Shown here in pieces: positions 48,791 to 62,084 of a stretch of DNA of 64,000 nucleotides. A program made the translations under genes and the position numbers. The DNA is from Cenococcum geophilum (taxonomy: Eukaryota). The notes beneath the pieces are model-generated. The model did not search any database and was not told the origin of the DNA. It was given only the letters and a program-made list of their open reading frames with translations. Location: contig CP158636.1 in the NCBI GenBank assembly GCA_050273025.1, positions 10,354,001 to 10,418,000 of the forward strand. Direction: 5' to 3'. Numbering within the stretch: the stretch's first letter is position 1; each line of letters starts with the position of its first letter.

Positions 48791-51700
48791 TGTAACGGGA
48801 CTAGCCTAGTTACAGTAGGAATGTCTTGGTAAAACACTCGATAGATAAATTCCGACGCTTTGACCAAATTTTACTAGCTTAATCGACTTCTACTAAAGTC
48901 CGTCGAAGACCGCGTGCGTATATGCGCACGCATCGACCACCAAGCCCCTGACTATTTAATTATATAATTCTCTTATTATTCCCTTCTCTTCTTTACGCAA
49001 TGTCTTGTTCTCTATAAGAGCTATATACCCTTAGATTTAGATAAAATTTATATCGTTCCTTTAAATCTTCCCCGAAGTCTCTACGCGCCCTTATATTACG
49101 TTGCGTTAATATAACCACTATTAAAATAGCAAACGACCTTAAATCCCACGCGTTAACCACGAGCATTATAACCCTAGTTAGGGAATAGTTAACTACAATA
49201 TAAGAGGCCTTTATAGATGCCTTAGCTCAGCAGCGGGCTGCACTAGAAACCTAGCATTAACAATTAATAGAAGCACTCCGCGAAGAACTCCGTAACGTCT
49301 AAACACTTACGTTAAAGACCCCAATACCGCCTATAAACGAAATTAATATAACTATATCTAAGCCTAGCCCCTTAAACGCGAACCCTAAACCAGTGATAGT
49401 AACTTAACTTATAACTGTAACGAATTTAATACCCGCTATGAAATCCAAAAAGCTCCCTAATCCTTTAATATTTAATAGAAAATAAAATAACCTACGTCCC
49501 TTTATAACTAAGCTCCGTCTTAAACTTTTAACGAACTATAACCGATACCCTACTAAAGCTAGCAAGGTTAGCTACAGAATATCTCGTTTAAGTAAAGACG
49601 CTATACGTACTATGGATCTATTCTTCCGTAACGGCACCTTTATTAATTTTAAAACCTTTATCTCTCTGCTAGAATAAACGTATAATAACGCCAGCCGCGA
49701 ATATACAGCTATTACTAAACTTAAAAACCTACGACAACGGAACCGAGACTTCACTAGCTTCTTTTCGGAATTTTTAGGCCTTATTAGTGAACTAGATTAA
49801 AATAAAGCCGCTAGAGTTACTGCCCTTTAATAAGCTATTTTAGATAAAATTAGAGCCTAGTTAGTAGGTAGAGAACTATTAAAAAACCTATCTAAATTTG
49901 CTATAATATATTAACAAATTAATAAGAACCTTTAATATAATAAACAAACTTGTTCTTTAAAGCTAACTATACCTTACGTTTAGAACTTTATAAACCTAGT
50001 ATATACCCTAAAGCGTAATCCGTCTCTAAAACTTAAAAGCCCTATATATAACCCTATGGACCTTAACGCCACTTAATCCTATACACCCTTAGGAACTAAC
50101 AAATAAAGAATATAAGCCGTAAATAGAGAATGTTTTAAATATAGAAAAAAGGAATATATTTAAAGGGATTGCTAAACTTACTCTTTTAAAAAGGTCCGCC
50201 GTAGCTCCTCTTAGTCCTTAAGTCGCGCTTATTCTACGAATTATACTTATTTTATAAATTATACTCAGTCGCTATAAAGCATCTTACCTTCGGTTAATTT
50301 AGAAAACGAATTATCCTAAGGCTAAGTCGCGCCTTAAGATAAGAAGTAGAAGAGTATAAGTATTTAGGCTCTTCTAGCGCTAATATATAACACAACTCCC
50401 TTAATATACTTGGCGAAATTTAAATACTTAGAAAATGGAAGGAAGTACAAATCCTTATAAATAGCGGAGCTATTAGTATGGGCTTTATTAATATAAACTA
50501 CACGAAAACTTAACGCTTAAATTTAAAGAAACTTAATAAGCCCTAAGGCCTACAAGGCTTTAATAGTAAGCCTTTAATATACGGCGAACTAACGCACTAC
50601 GCTCTTATAAAGATGTAGATAGGCAAATACCTTAAATACGTTTCCCTATTTATAATACCCTTAAAGCATTATAAGGTAATACTTAGATATAGATAGCTAA
50701 AACAACACAACCCTTTAATTAGCTGGGTTAAAGAAATACTAAAATTCCATACAACTTACTGCCGAAGTTATTGCTTAAAATATTACTTACCCTATAAATA
50801 TACACACGACTATTTAAATTTAATATAATATAAATTACCCTTACCACAAACCACAAACTAATATAAAAAAGTTATAACTATTAATCGCGGTAAAGAATGC
50901 GAAGATAATATATTAAAACCCTTTAAAATTCGTATAATACAAGCCGCACCTTTTTATTTGTTAGTAAAAAAACGAGATTATAAGATCTTTACTATAATAT
51001 TAAAAGATATTAAAAAGGCGTTAGAACTAAAGTAATATATTAACCCCCAACCTCTTATACCTAAAGAATATTATAATTTAATTAATACGTTTAAGAAACG
51101 ATTTGTAAACTAACTACCTCCGCATTAAGATAAGCACGATTTTAAGATAGAACTTAAACCTAGTATAACGCTAAAGTTCGGCCTATTATACGGTATGTCA
51201 TAAGAAGAGCTACTAGTAATATAATAATACCTTAAAGAGCACCTAGAGAAAGGATTTATTCGCCTTAGTTAATTACTATTCGCCTTACCTATACTATTTA
51301 TTAAGAAACCTAAAGGAGGCTTAAGGTTTTATGTTAATTATTAAGCCCTAAATACAATTATAATTTAAAACTGTTGGGAATAAAGGCAAATGGTCACTAT
51401 ATAAGGCATATTGCCGTCACGTGTAGCAAGTTGCCGTTACGTGCGGCAAGTTGCCATCACGTGCCGCCGCGGCACTAGCGTGGTGAGGAACCTTAAGTTC
51501 CTTACCCCTTTCTTTAAGAAGAATACAGAACAATTATTATACTATCTACAAACCGTAGCTACGTGATATCCCCCTTATATAACTAATACTGATTAGTAGT
51601 TAACTTTATAGTTATGCCATAGAATAGCTAGGTATTTACCAAGAAGAGACAAGCTACTGTACTAGTACTACTTATACTAAGGGAAGCTGTCTTTTAAGGT

Positions 51701-54700
51701 TAGAACTGGTCCTAAACCTTAAATAGAACTCTTCTATAAATCTAAGGATTTAAAGGCCAGAACTAGTCCTAAGCCTTCCCTAGATTATAGATTCTTGCGT
51801 CTATTACGCAGAATAATACGCTTTACGAGTCTTTGCAATTTAAGGCTAGAACTAGTCCTAAGCCTTATAATCGCAAATATATGTCACAAACGCGTACTAA
51901 ACGACAATCCCTATACTACTAATATTCCCTTCCTTTAAAGATATAACTATAGCCACTCTAAACGACTAGAGAGACTCCTTACTACTAGGGGTAGCTATAT
52001 ACGCGAAACTTATTAATAAAGATTGGGACGTATTTACCTTTAATGTAATAACCTATACCGTAAAACAAGTTAACGGCTTTCTCTTATACTATATTCTATT
52101 TTACTAAGATAGCTACTATACCGATTTATAGTTATAGGAATACTTTAGGGAGGATTTTATAGCATGGACCGCCGACACCTAGGCACTTAGTAATATTAAT
52201 ATTATTTAGGATTTTTAAGACTCCCTCTAAAGGAATAGGGTATACGTTGCTGAGGATAGTAACCCAATTGCTAGTAATATTTACGCCGTTTTTACTAGTA
52301 TAGAAGAACTAGTATAGACGGAAGCTAAGATTATACGTTAACTACGGAAACCTAAAACTAACCTATATTCTTTGGAAGGCAACTTTAATTTAGAATAAAA
52401 CCCCTAGAATGCTACTCTCTTACCTAAAGGTGCTCTCCTACCTAGAGGTACTCTTTTTCTACCTCTACTACCTCTAATTTCTCTATTCCAGCCAACTAAT
52501 AAGCCTCTATTTTAAGAAGTTATAAATCTAATAAAGGTATATTTAGATAAAGAGAAAAAGTTTAGAGGAAAATTATATGACATACTTAGAGCAAAACTAT
52601 AGGTCTTTTATAACTGCTATAACAAGGTTAGAATTTAACGCCACTAGTTTTATTATACTTTCTCTGTTATATTAAAGGGACGGGCAGTAACGTTCTATTA
52701 CGACTATATTATAGGTAAAAACTATAGCTTTAATATAATGCTTTAGCTTACTAGAGCCTACTTTAAAACTAATAAGAACCGCTAACTCTATATATCTAAA
52801 TAGCGGGAGACTATATTCTAGAAAGTTATCGCTTTTAACCCAATAATAACTCGCCTAGAGTGCCTTTAACTACTCTTTAATAAACTTTAGAAAATCTAAT
52901 ATGGACTTACTAAAACTTACTAAAATAAGAATAGCCTAAGGGACTAGGTTATCTTAGTATGCTATAGCATTTTTAAGTGTAACTTAGCGCTATATAAACC
53001 TATAGATACGTTTAAAGGAGTATATACCGAGCTACGCTCCGCCGTAGGTACTATAATATAAATATAAGAATCTTAACAGCTCTATACCGAAAGCCCTACC
53101 TAACTAAGCGTTCCTAACTAATATAATTATAACTAAACTAATTAAATATATAGCGGCCGTGGTAGAGAATATGGTAAAGGGTATAATTAATGTTAACTAT
53201 AAGGTAATTATGGAGGTCCTTATAAAGGTTTATTTTAAAGTAATCGCTAGAAGAAGTGCTATGTTTATAAGAAGCTAAATTACTAGTTAACTAGACACTC
53301 CCTTAATAAGCGAAAAGAGGCATATAATAAGTTCCGTTAAAGTATAAGAAATGTTAGAAATTATAAGGTTACTGCGGCCTACTTTTAAAGCTTCCTAGTT
53401 TAATATAAAGGCGTAGAAGACCTTAAAGGTGAGGTTAATAAGACTGAATAGCTCCTTATAGATATAGAAATTGAGGACTACTTACCTAACTAATACTTTA
53501 CTAAGTATGGTGAGGTAAATAGCATATAAACCGTCGCTGTTCTTAATAACCAATCTATACTTTATTTTATTATAAAGTCAGATATCTTTAACAAGCTAAA
53601 GGAGAGCTCCGCGTTTTTCTTTAATAATAGATACCTGGCGAACGTCTTCTATAGTATTATGCCGGATACTAGAGCCGCAGGAGTATCTATAGTAGGAGAA
53701 CCTTAAGTTTAAGCCCTTTAGCAGCTTAATAGCTCTATTTAGATTAACTATTTAACGGCAGGCTAATATATAATTCGTTTTAACAAAGGTACTGCGATCT
53801 TTCTTAGCACAATTAGGGTTTAAACCCCCTTAGGGTATATTACTTTTCACGTTGTTCCTATAAATACCCTATTTTTATTTTACATTAGAGATATAGATAA
53901 ACTGGGCGTTAAGCTTAATAACCTTGAGAATATGCTTGTGTAAGGAGATAATTGGGTACCTATTATACGTAAATGGGGTTACCCTTAGCTACTCTTTTAA
54001 TAACTAGAAAAGAGTATTGCTTAGAGCTATTTAACTAAGTTAGAGTTACGCCAACTATACTATCGTTTTAGTTACCTATTAGTTTACCAATTACTTAGGG
54101 TTCTTTAGTAAGTAGGCTATAAAGTTAAGGTTAAGGTAATTAAGCATCTTATAAAATACTGCTACCACTACTAAATAAACTAGAGGTCCCCTGGCCGATT
54201 TAAGTTTACCCTTAAAGATAACTACGACTTTAACTTCTATATTATTGTTAACGTTATATACCTTAGCGGCAAGCTAGTACTCTAAGTTATTAACTTTTTA
54301 ACCTCCTTCTAAGCCGCATGATTCTTAAAGGATATGTTTACTAGGAACGTATAAGATACCCTTTAGTTATATTAAATTAATATCTACCTAGGACCCCCTA
54401 ATTAAATCATCTATGATATAGAAAAGAACTTCTTATTTATAGAGTTCCGATAATAAATAAAGGTAATAGCAATTAAGGTTAAGGAAGTCCCTATTAAGGC
54501 ATATAATAGTATTAAAAAAGTAGAGCGATATTACGCGCTATTATGCCATGTATATAAGATTATCTCTTTAGAACTAAAGGACGCTAGTAAAGAACTTACC
54601 TTGCAAATAGCTGTTAAAGCTATTAACGATTTCGCTGGCCTAGATAGACTTATACCTATATTACTAGTCTTTAGCGCCTACCTATAAATAACTAACGATT

Positions 54701-57700
54701 CTCTACTATCTCCCTCTGTTGTGTAATAAGCTAAGGTAATTTATAAGGCAATAAAGGAGGTATAACGTCTTTATGCTATACGCTAGGTTAATAACGTACT
54801 AGGAATAAGAAATGGCCTAAATACCTTAACTGCGCTTAATCTGCCACTCTAGTCTAAAGTACGCGTATGGCGTAAAAGGGGAGGATAGTTAGGCCCATAT
54901 TAACTTATTATAATTAATAGTTAAACTTGCACTATTTAGATGCCTTACGGACCTACCTAATTCCGTTTAACTGTTATTAAGCCTTACTATAAAAATAATA
55001 ATTCTAAGCCTTTATAGGATGCCCTAGAAGATGCCCTAAAAGAGAACCACAATTAACATGCTCTAGAAGGCGACTATAATCCTAATATAATTGTAGTAGA
55101 TACGCCATAACTATAACGCGGTAGAGGTGGCCCGAAGGGATTACGAAATCGCTAATACCTTATTAATTTTAAAGAATAATTTGTTGCCGCTATTAAGAAT
55201 AAAGTTAAGTTATTAATGGCCTTTATAACAGCTAAAGAGAAGACTAACTTTAAGCTCGTAAAATAGCTCTAAAAGGAAGGTTATATTATAACCCTAGGAG
55301 CTCCTTTCTAAGCATTTAATAAGTAGGAGATCGACGGTCTTATTATAAGAGGAGTCTTTAAATTTAAGAAATATAACCCTATTAAGTTTAATAGAGTTCG
55401 CATCTTTAAGTTAAGAATGGTTAACAAGATTAAGGGCAAAGCTACTAACGCCCTATTTAAGAAATTAAGGCTTATTATCTAAGGTTACAATAATAATAGC
55501 AAAGAGATAATTCTTATATAATCTCCTATAATTTAACGAGCTAGTTAGCGAGTTATTATTATATTAGCTCCCTCCTTAATAAAGAATAGAATAGCAGTTT
55601 ATTTGCGAGATATTACTTAAGCCTATACCCAATTAGAGACGCACCTTTAGCGCTTAATATTAGCATACCTTCTGGAGTAAATTCGCCACCAGTATCCTAA
55701 AGACACGATTATAGTTGTGCTTAAGCCATTATATGGAATTATAGAGGTAGGAACTTATTGGTAGGCTACCTACAGTAAGTACTATAAAGAGAAGCTTTTA
55801 ATAACTACTTCTATATTTAATCCCTGCTTCCTTATTATAACTACGGGAACCCTATTTAGAATTGTTGGTATATAAACTAATAATATAATTATCTTAGGAG
55901 ACGACTAATTTTTAGCTCTTAAAGAGGATAAGCTAGTAAAGGTAAATCTTATAATAAAGCTAAAGGAAAAGCTTAACTTAATAATACTATTACTCTTTAA
56001 TAGATGCATCCTCTCCCTAAATAAGGATTCCATTGCTTTGCGTCAGAAGGGTTAAGGTAAGAAGATTGACGTTATTAACATTAATTCCCTAAAGTAAGGA
56101 TATATGGAGTAACGCGCTTGTGGAGCTTATATTACTTCTATCTATTAACCTAAGGCTTTATTTAATTTCTCCGTTGCTACCTAATACTAGAAACTAATTA
56201 AAGATAACGTTCTTACCCTAAATAAACGTCTTTTTTTAGTAAATAAACTATCTTAATCGGGGACTACTCTATATGCCTATTAATCTTCCTACCGCTAAGC
56301 TCTTTGTATTTATTAATAGATTATTTATAAATAATAAAGATTTTAGCTCCTAGTTAGGATATAAGATTATTATTATAAATAAATTTACTAGAGAGAATAA
56401 CTTTATAATCTATGGCAATCTTATCTATTAAAGCTTAACTAAAAGTAAGCGCGTTACCTAAAGTATTTTAGCGTTAGAGATATATAGAATAGTTGGCGGA
56501 GTTAATATAGCAATTATAATTGGAACTACCCTAAAGATAATTATAGATTAACTCAAACTTCCTATTATCCCTATAATCGTATATACCAATTTATTTTCCC
56601 TCTATAAGTATTTAGTTAAGCTCGGTACTATAAAGGAGAAGCGCCTTATAATTAATATTATGGCACTTTAGTAATCCTATAAGCGTTAAGAACTCTTTAA
56701 GATTTAATAGATTAATGGCTAAGATAACCTAGTAGATGTAATAACAAAGGCGAACCTAAATAAGGTACTAGAGACGTTTGTTAATATAAATACTCTATAT
56801 ATACGAATTAAAGGTTAGGTTAAAAGGAAGTCCCTAGAAATTTCTTAATTATATAAGGTCTTAAGATATTTAGGAACTTTAACCGGCGGTTAAAGTTGTC
56901 TAATTAGTTAGATTCTATAGACCCTAACTTAAACCAGCTAATTAGGATTTTCCATCCCTAGGATAAAAAATCGCTATTAGCTTGCTTACCGCTAGCGCCT
57001 TAGCGGCCCTACTAATAAGATACCTACCTATAACTTATAAGCAAGAAAGCACCACATACTAAAAGGCAAATTTTAGGACAGCGAGACTTATATTATAATG
57101 GCAATAGTAAGTAAAAAGGATTAATTTTTATTCCGCTAGTTAAGCGGTATATATATATAGATGGCAACTATAAAAGAAGAGTTGCTAGTATTAGGAATAA
57201 AGGCAAATGGTTACTATATAAGGTATATTGCCGTCACATGTAGTAAGTTGCCGTTACGTGCGGCAAGTTGCTATTATATGCCGCCACGGCACTAGTGTGG
57301 TGAGGAACCTTAAGTTCCTTACCCCTTTCTTCAAGAAGAATATAGAATAATTATCATACTATCTACGAACCGTAGCTACGTGATATCCCCCTTATGTAAC
57401 CAACAAAAACTAATATCTGATTCCTCTACTTTAAGAAACGCTTAACCGTTTAGTAAAAGTATAATACTTTATAAAGCTTAATATAGTCGCTGCCTTTAAT
57501 TAAATCCGTATTTGTAAAGGAGATAAAAAGTATACGGCTTTCTGTATATAATAGGGACTTTTTAAATACCTAGTAATGCTGTTTAGTGTAAAGAACGGTC
57601 CTAGTACGTTTTAGTAATACGTTAATAATACGCTTCGCGAATTCCTTAATATATTTATTATTACGTATATTAATAATATCTTAATTTATTTATCTTCGCT

Positions 57701-60700
57701 TTCTAAGTATTAGAAGCACATCTAAATGGTCCTTAAACGCCTATAAGACGCGGGCTTATAATATAATATTAAGAAATACAAGTTCTATACGTCCGAAGTT
57801 ACGTACTTAGGCCTAATTATATCCCGCGACGGAATTAAAATAGACCCTAAGAAAATCGCTATAATTATAAACTAGGAAAATCCTAGTAGTATATAAGACA
57901 TCTAAGGATTTTTAGAATTTGCAAATTTATACTATTAATTTATTAATTACTTCTTAAAAATTATTTAGCTATTAGTAAACTTAATAAGGAAGAATATAAG
58001 ATTTAAATAGACTACTAAATATAAATAAGCTTTTAACGACCTAAAATATTATTTTATAACTACTTTAATTCTCGTCTACTTTAATCTAGACCTTAAATAT
58101 ATCGTTAAAATAGACTCGTCTAAATTATATACTAGGAGGAATATTATCGCAATATAATAAGAACGGCAAGCTGTGCCTAGTAGCCTTTCTCTCCCGGAAA
58201 CTTACCCCTACTAAATTAAACTATAAGATATATAATAAGGAACTACTTACAATTATTAGATGCTTTAAATAATAGCGTCCAGAACTTAAAGGATTGTTAT
58301 TCCTAATACACGTATTAACGGACTATAAAAACCTATAGTACTTTATAACTATAAAGCAATCAACGCAGCGCTAAATTCGTTAGGCCGAATACCTCTTATA
58401 ATTTAACTTTAAGATTATATACTAACCTAGTAAACTTAATTAGAAGCCTAACTTATTAATATAATAATTATAGGACTTACCTGCGAGCGCCTTTAATAAA
58501 TAGATTATAAATTAATTACAAATTCTACTGCCCCCTAAACGCTTTAAGAAACTACGCCCTATATTTCTAGATATAGAGCTTAATAGAAATAAATTAGAAA
58601 TTAATAAGTGGGATATAAAAATTAATGAATTAACAGAGTACGAATATAAGAATAACCCCTAAATAGTAAATATAATAAAAGCGATTTAAATAAGGAAACG
58701 GTAATATAAGGATATTACACTCGCTAAATACGAAATCCGCAATAATCGGTTATACTATTAATAGAAAATAGTAGTCCCAAATTCCGAACCCTTACGATTT
58801 AAGATACTTAAATTTATACACAATTCCCCTATAGTAGGGTACCCTAGCTATATAAAGACCTATAAGATTATCTAATAAGTATATTACTGGCCTATAATGC
58901 ACGACTATATACGAAAATACGTTCGAGTATACAGAATATACGTGTGTAGGAAGACCTCTTATATAAAGAAGTAAGGAGTACTTTAACCATTGCCAATTCT
59001 AATGTAAAGATAGCAAGATATTTTAATTAACTTTATAGTTGACCTGCCTAATAGTAATAGGTTTACGAATATTATAGTAGTTATTAATTATCTTATAAAA
59101 ATGCGATATATAATTCCTATGGACTTAATTAATACAATATTAGTAGCTGAATGTTTTGTTAAGTATGTCTTTAAGCTATATAGACTTTTTAATTTAATAA
59201 TATCCAACCGCAGAAGCCAGTTCGTTTTAGATTTCTAATAAGCCCTATATAAACGATTAAGTATATAAATATAAATATAACTCTTAACTATATTTTATTT
59301 AGAGATAGATAATTAAACTAAAATTGTAAACGCGATTATAGAACAATACCTATAAATATACTACTCCTACCTGTAAAATAACTGGGAAAAGTAGCTACCT
59401 TTAGCTAAGTTTATTGCAAATAATATAAGAAATAAATTAATAGGCATAACGCTATTCTACGCAACCTATAGATAAGACCCTTAACTTAGATTTAAACTAT
59501 AACCCGAAATTAATATAACAGGACCTATAATTAAGATGATTTAACTAATTAACACGTATAACTTCGCTAATTAAATAAAGTAGTTAACGGAACTATTACA
59601 AAGTGAATTAGCGTACGCTTAAATAATATAGAAATGGCATATAAATAAAGGACGAGCTCCTACATGGGACTTTAAGGAAGGTAATATAGTTTACCTAAAT
59701 ATACGAAACCTAAAGACTTAATACCCCTTAAAGAAACTAGACTGGAAGTTTGCGGGCCCATACCAAATTAAGAAAAAACTAAGCCCGTACGCTTATAAGC
59801 TTAAACTACTAACTAAGATAAAAATATATCTAATATTTTACGTAAACTTATTATAACCCTTAAAAAGTAAACCTATAACTTATAAAGTGCCACCACCACC
59901 TTCTATAATTGTTAATAATAGTAATGGTTCTTACTTTATTAACTTAATTAATAATATATAATAGAAAATATAATCTAAACAATTTAAACTTCTTATTAAG
60001 TGGAAAGGATATAAAATATAAACTTAGGAAACTTATAACCAGATTAAGACTAACGCGCCTTCCCTAGTAAAAGAATTCTATAAAAACCATCCTTTGCGGC
60101 CTACTCTAGCTAGATAGACATAATATAAAGGTAAATAACTACCACCTAATATAAATATACAAAACACGATAGCAGAAAGCTCAAAATTAAAAAGAACTTA
60201 AAATATATTATAACATTTATAATACGATCACGTAATACGCAAGATATTAAGGAACTTTAACCAGCGGTTAAAGTTGTCTAATTAGTTAGATTTACCTTGC
60301 TAAGACCTACTACGAAGATATTAGTTTAGCTTACGGCCTTAACTAAGCTAATAGCGATTTTCTATACCGGGCATAGAAAATCCTAATTGGCCCACTTAAC
60401 GATTAGAACCGGTAAAACCTTATACCGCCACCTAACGCGAAAACATAATACGCGATAAGTTATAAGTCTTAACTAAAATTGAATTATTTAAACCTTTAGC
60501 TAAAAGGGGGGGTACTATAACGGGACTAGCCCAGTTATAGTAGGAATATCTCAGTAAAACACTTAACAGATAAATTTTAACACTTTAACCGAATTCTGCT
60601 AGCTTAATTGACTTTTACTAAAGTCCGTTAAAGACCGCGTGCGTATATACGCACGTACTGACCACCAAGCCCCTGACTATTTAATTATATAATTCTCTTG

Positions 60701-60820
60701 TTATTCCCTTCTCTTCTTTATATAACGTCTTATTCTCTGTAAGAGCTATATACCCTTAGATTTAGATAGAATTTATATTGTTCCTTTAAATCTTCCCTAA
60801 AGTCTCTACGCGCCCTTATA
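48791..60820 (+). mobile_element. Ty3/Gypsy chromovirus (family C), full length, RIP-inactivated
   Basis: 305-bp LTRs 48791-49095 and 60516-60820; TSD CTATT (48786-48790, 60821-60825); gag KLPDP (~49450), protease DSGA (~50460), RT split at 51371|57411, integrase, chromodomain-like end; PPT AAAAGGGGGGG. Confidence 0.96.
51372..57405 (+). mobile_element. Ty1/Copia, GalEa-type copy 2, full length, RIP-inactivated
   Basis: 217-bp LTRs 51372-51588 and 57189-57405; TSD AAAAC (51367-51371, 57406-57410); CTGATTAGT at 51589-51597; MPDTGAA protease (~53660), MQTDDTI-like RT (~55870), KRVT.SILASEIY RNase H (~56447). Confidence 0.94.
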
Positions 60821-62084
60821 CTATTAGACGCGTCTAGTATCTATAAGTATAGGGGAGTAACTATTAGCTATAATAAACTAATATAGCTAGTAAAATAGCT
60901 CCGCCAGTCTAGTAAACCTTAGGCGCCCCTTTAGTAAACCCTTAATTAAATCCTTTAATAGCTAAGTAAAATTAAAAATAAATAAAACCCTTTTTTACTG
61001 GTAAGCCATACCTAGGCCGCTATAGCTGCGCTTTTATAATATAGGGAACCCACCCCCCTTAAGATAGTAATTAGATATATAATTATAATATAACTAAATA
61101 TAAAAAAAGTAGAGGGGCTTAGGGGATAATTAGAAATAGAAGTCTTTACGGAGATTTATAAAAAGGTTTACAACGCTATTATAGTCTAATACCTTAGAAG
61201 CGGAAATATTAGAGTTACCTTAAAGGACTAATAGGTAAAGAAATAAGCTATAAGGGTAGGGGATAGGCTAGGAGAATGTATTGGCATAAAAGTACTTTAT
61301 AAAGATTACCTAGTTAAAGTCCTAGTAGTCCCCCTAAGCCTTAAGGTAGAAAAGGAATACTAGGCGGATAATATAGCAATTATATATAAAATAGTTAAAT
61401 AAATAGAATACTTTATACTAGAACTTAAGATTATCTAAATCTAATAGCTTTAATAGGAAAATATAAACTAAATATATAATAAGAATAATAAAAGGATATA
61501 AGGGTTACTAGAGACTTGCTAGGGAGTTACCGGTTAAATATATAGCTCTCTTATTATTAGCATATATATACTAGAAATATAAAAACTCCTTATTTAAAAA
61601 GGTATTATTATAAATAGCCTTATATATAATATAAGGCTTTATAACTATAGATTCCGCCTAAAATAATACTAATACTATATATAATAGGGATATACCTAAT
61701 CTATATACGTAGTATAGGTGTGCTACGGCTACTATATAGGCCCCTATAATATAAGATACTGCTTAAATTAAGACTAAATAAAATGTATAAACTGCTACTA
61801 AAGTATATATAAGGCGTAGAAGAGAGAAGACTATATTAAATATAGGAGATAGAAGGTAAGGGCTTAATAGCTACGGGAATAACTATATGCTAAGTTATAT
61901 AAATAGAAATAATAGGCAATAAGCTAGGGGGATATAGGTACCTTTCTAGCGTTTCCTACCTTTAATACTAGGGGGCTAGGTTAGCTATCTTAAGCCTTAA
62001 CGGGCTAGAAGCGACGCTGCGCGATATTACTAGACTAAATAGGGATATAAGGGTTATAGGGGATATAAGGGAGAGGACGCCCTA

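Noticed and set aside
1427..60825. Apparent CTAC/TA-rich bias among 5-bp TSDs
   Set aside because: Targets are themselves RIP-mutated and TA-enriched, and the sample is small.
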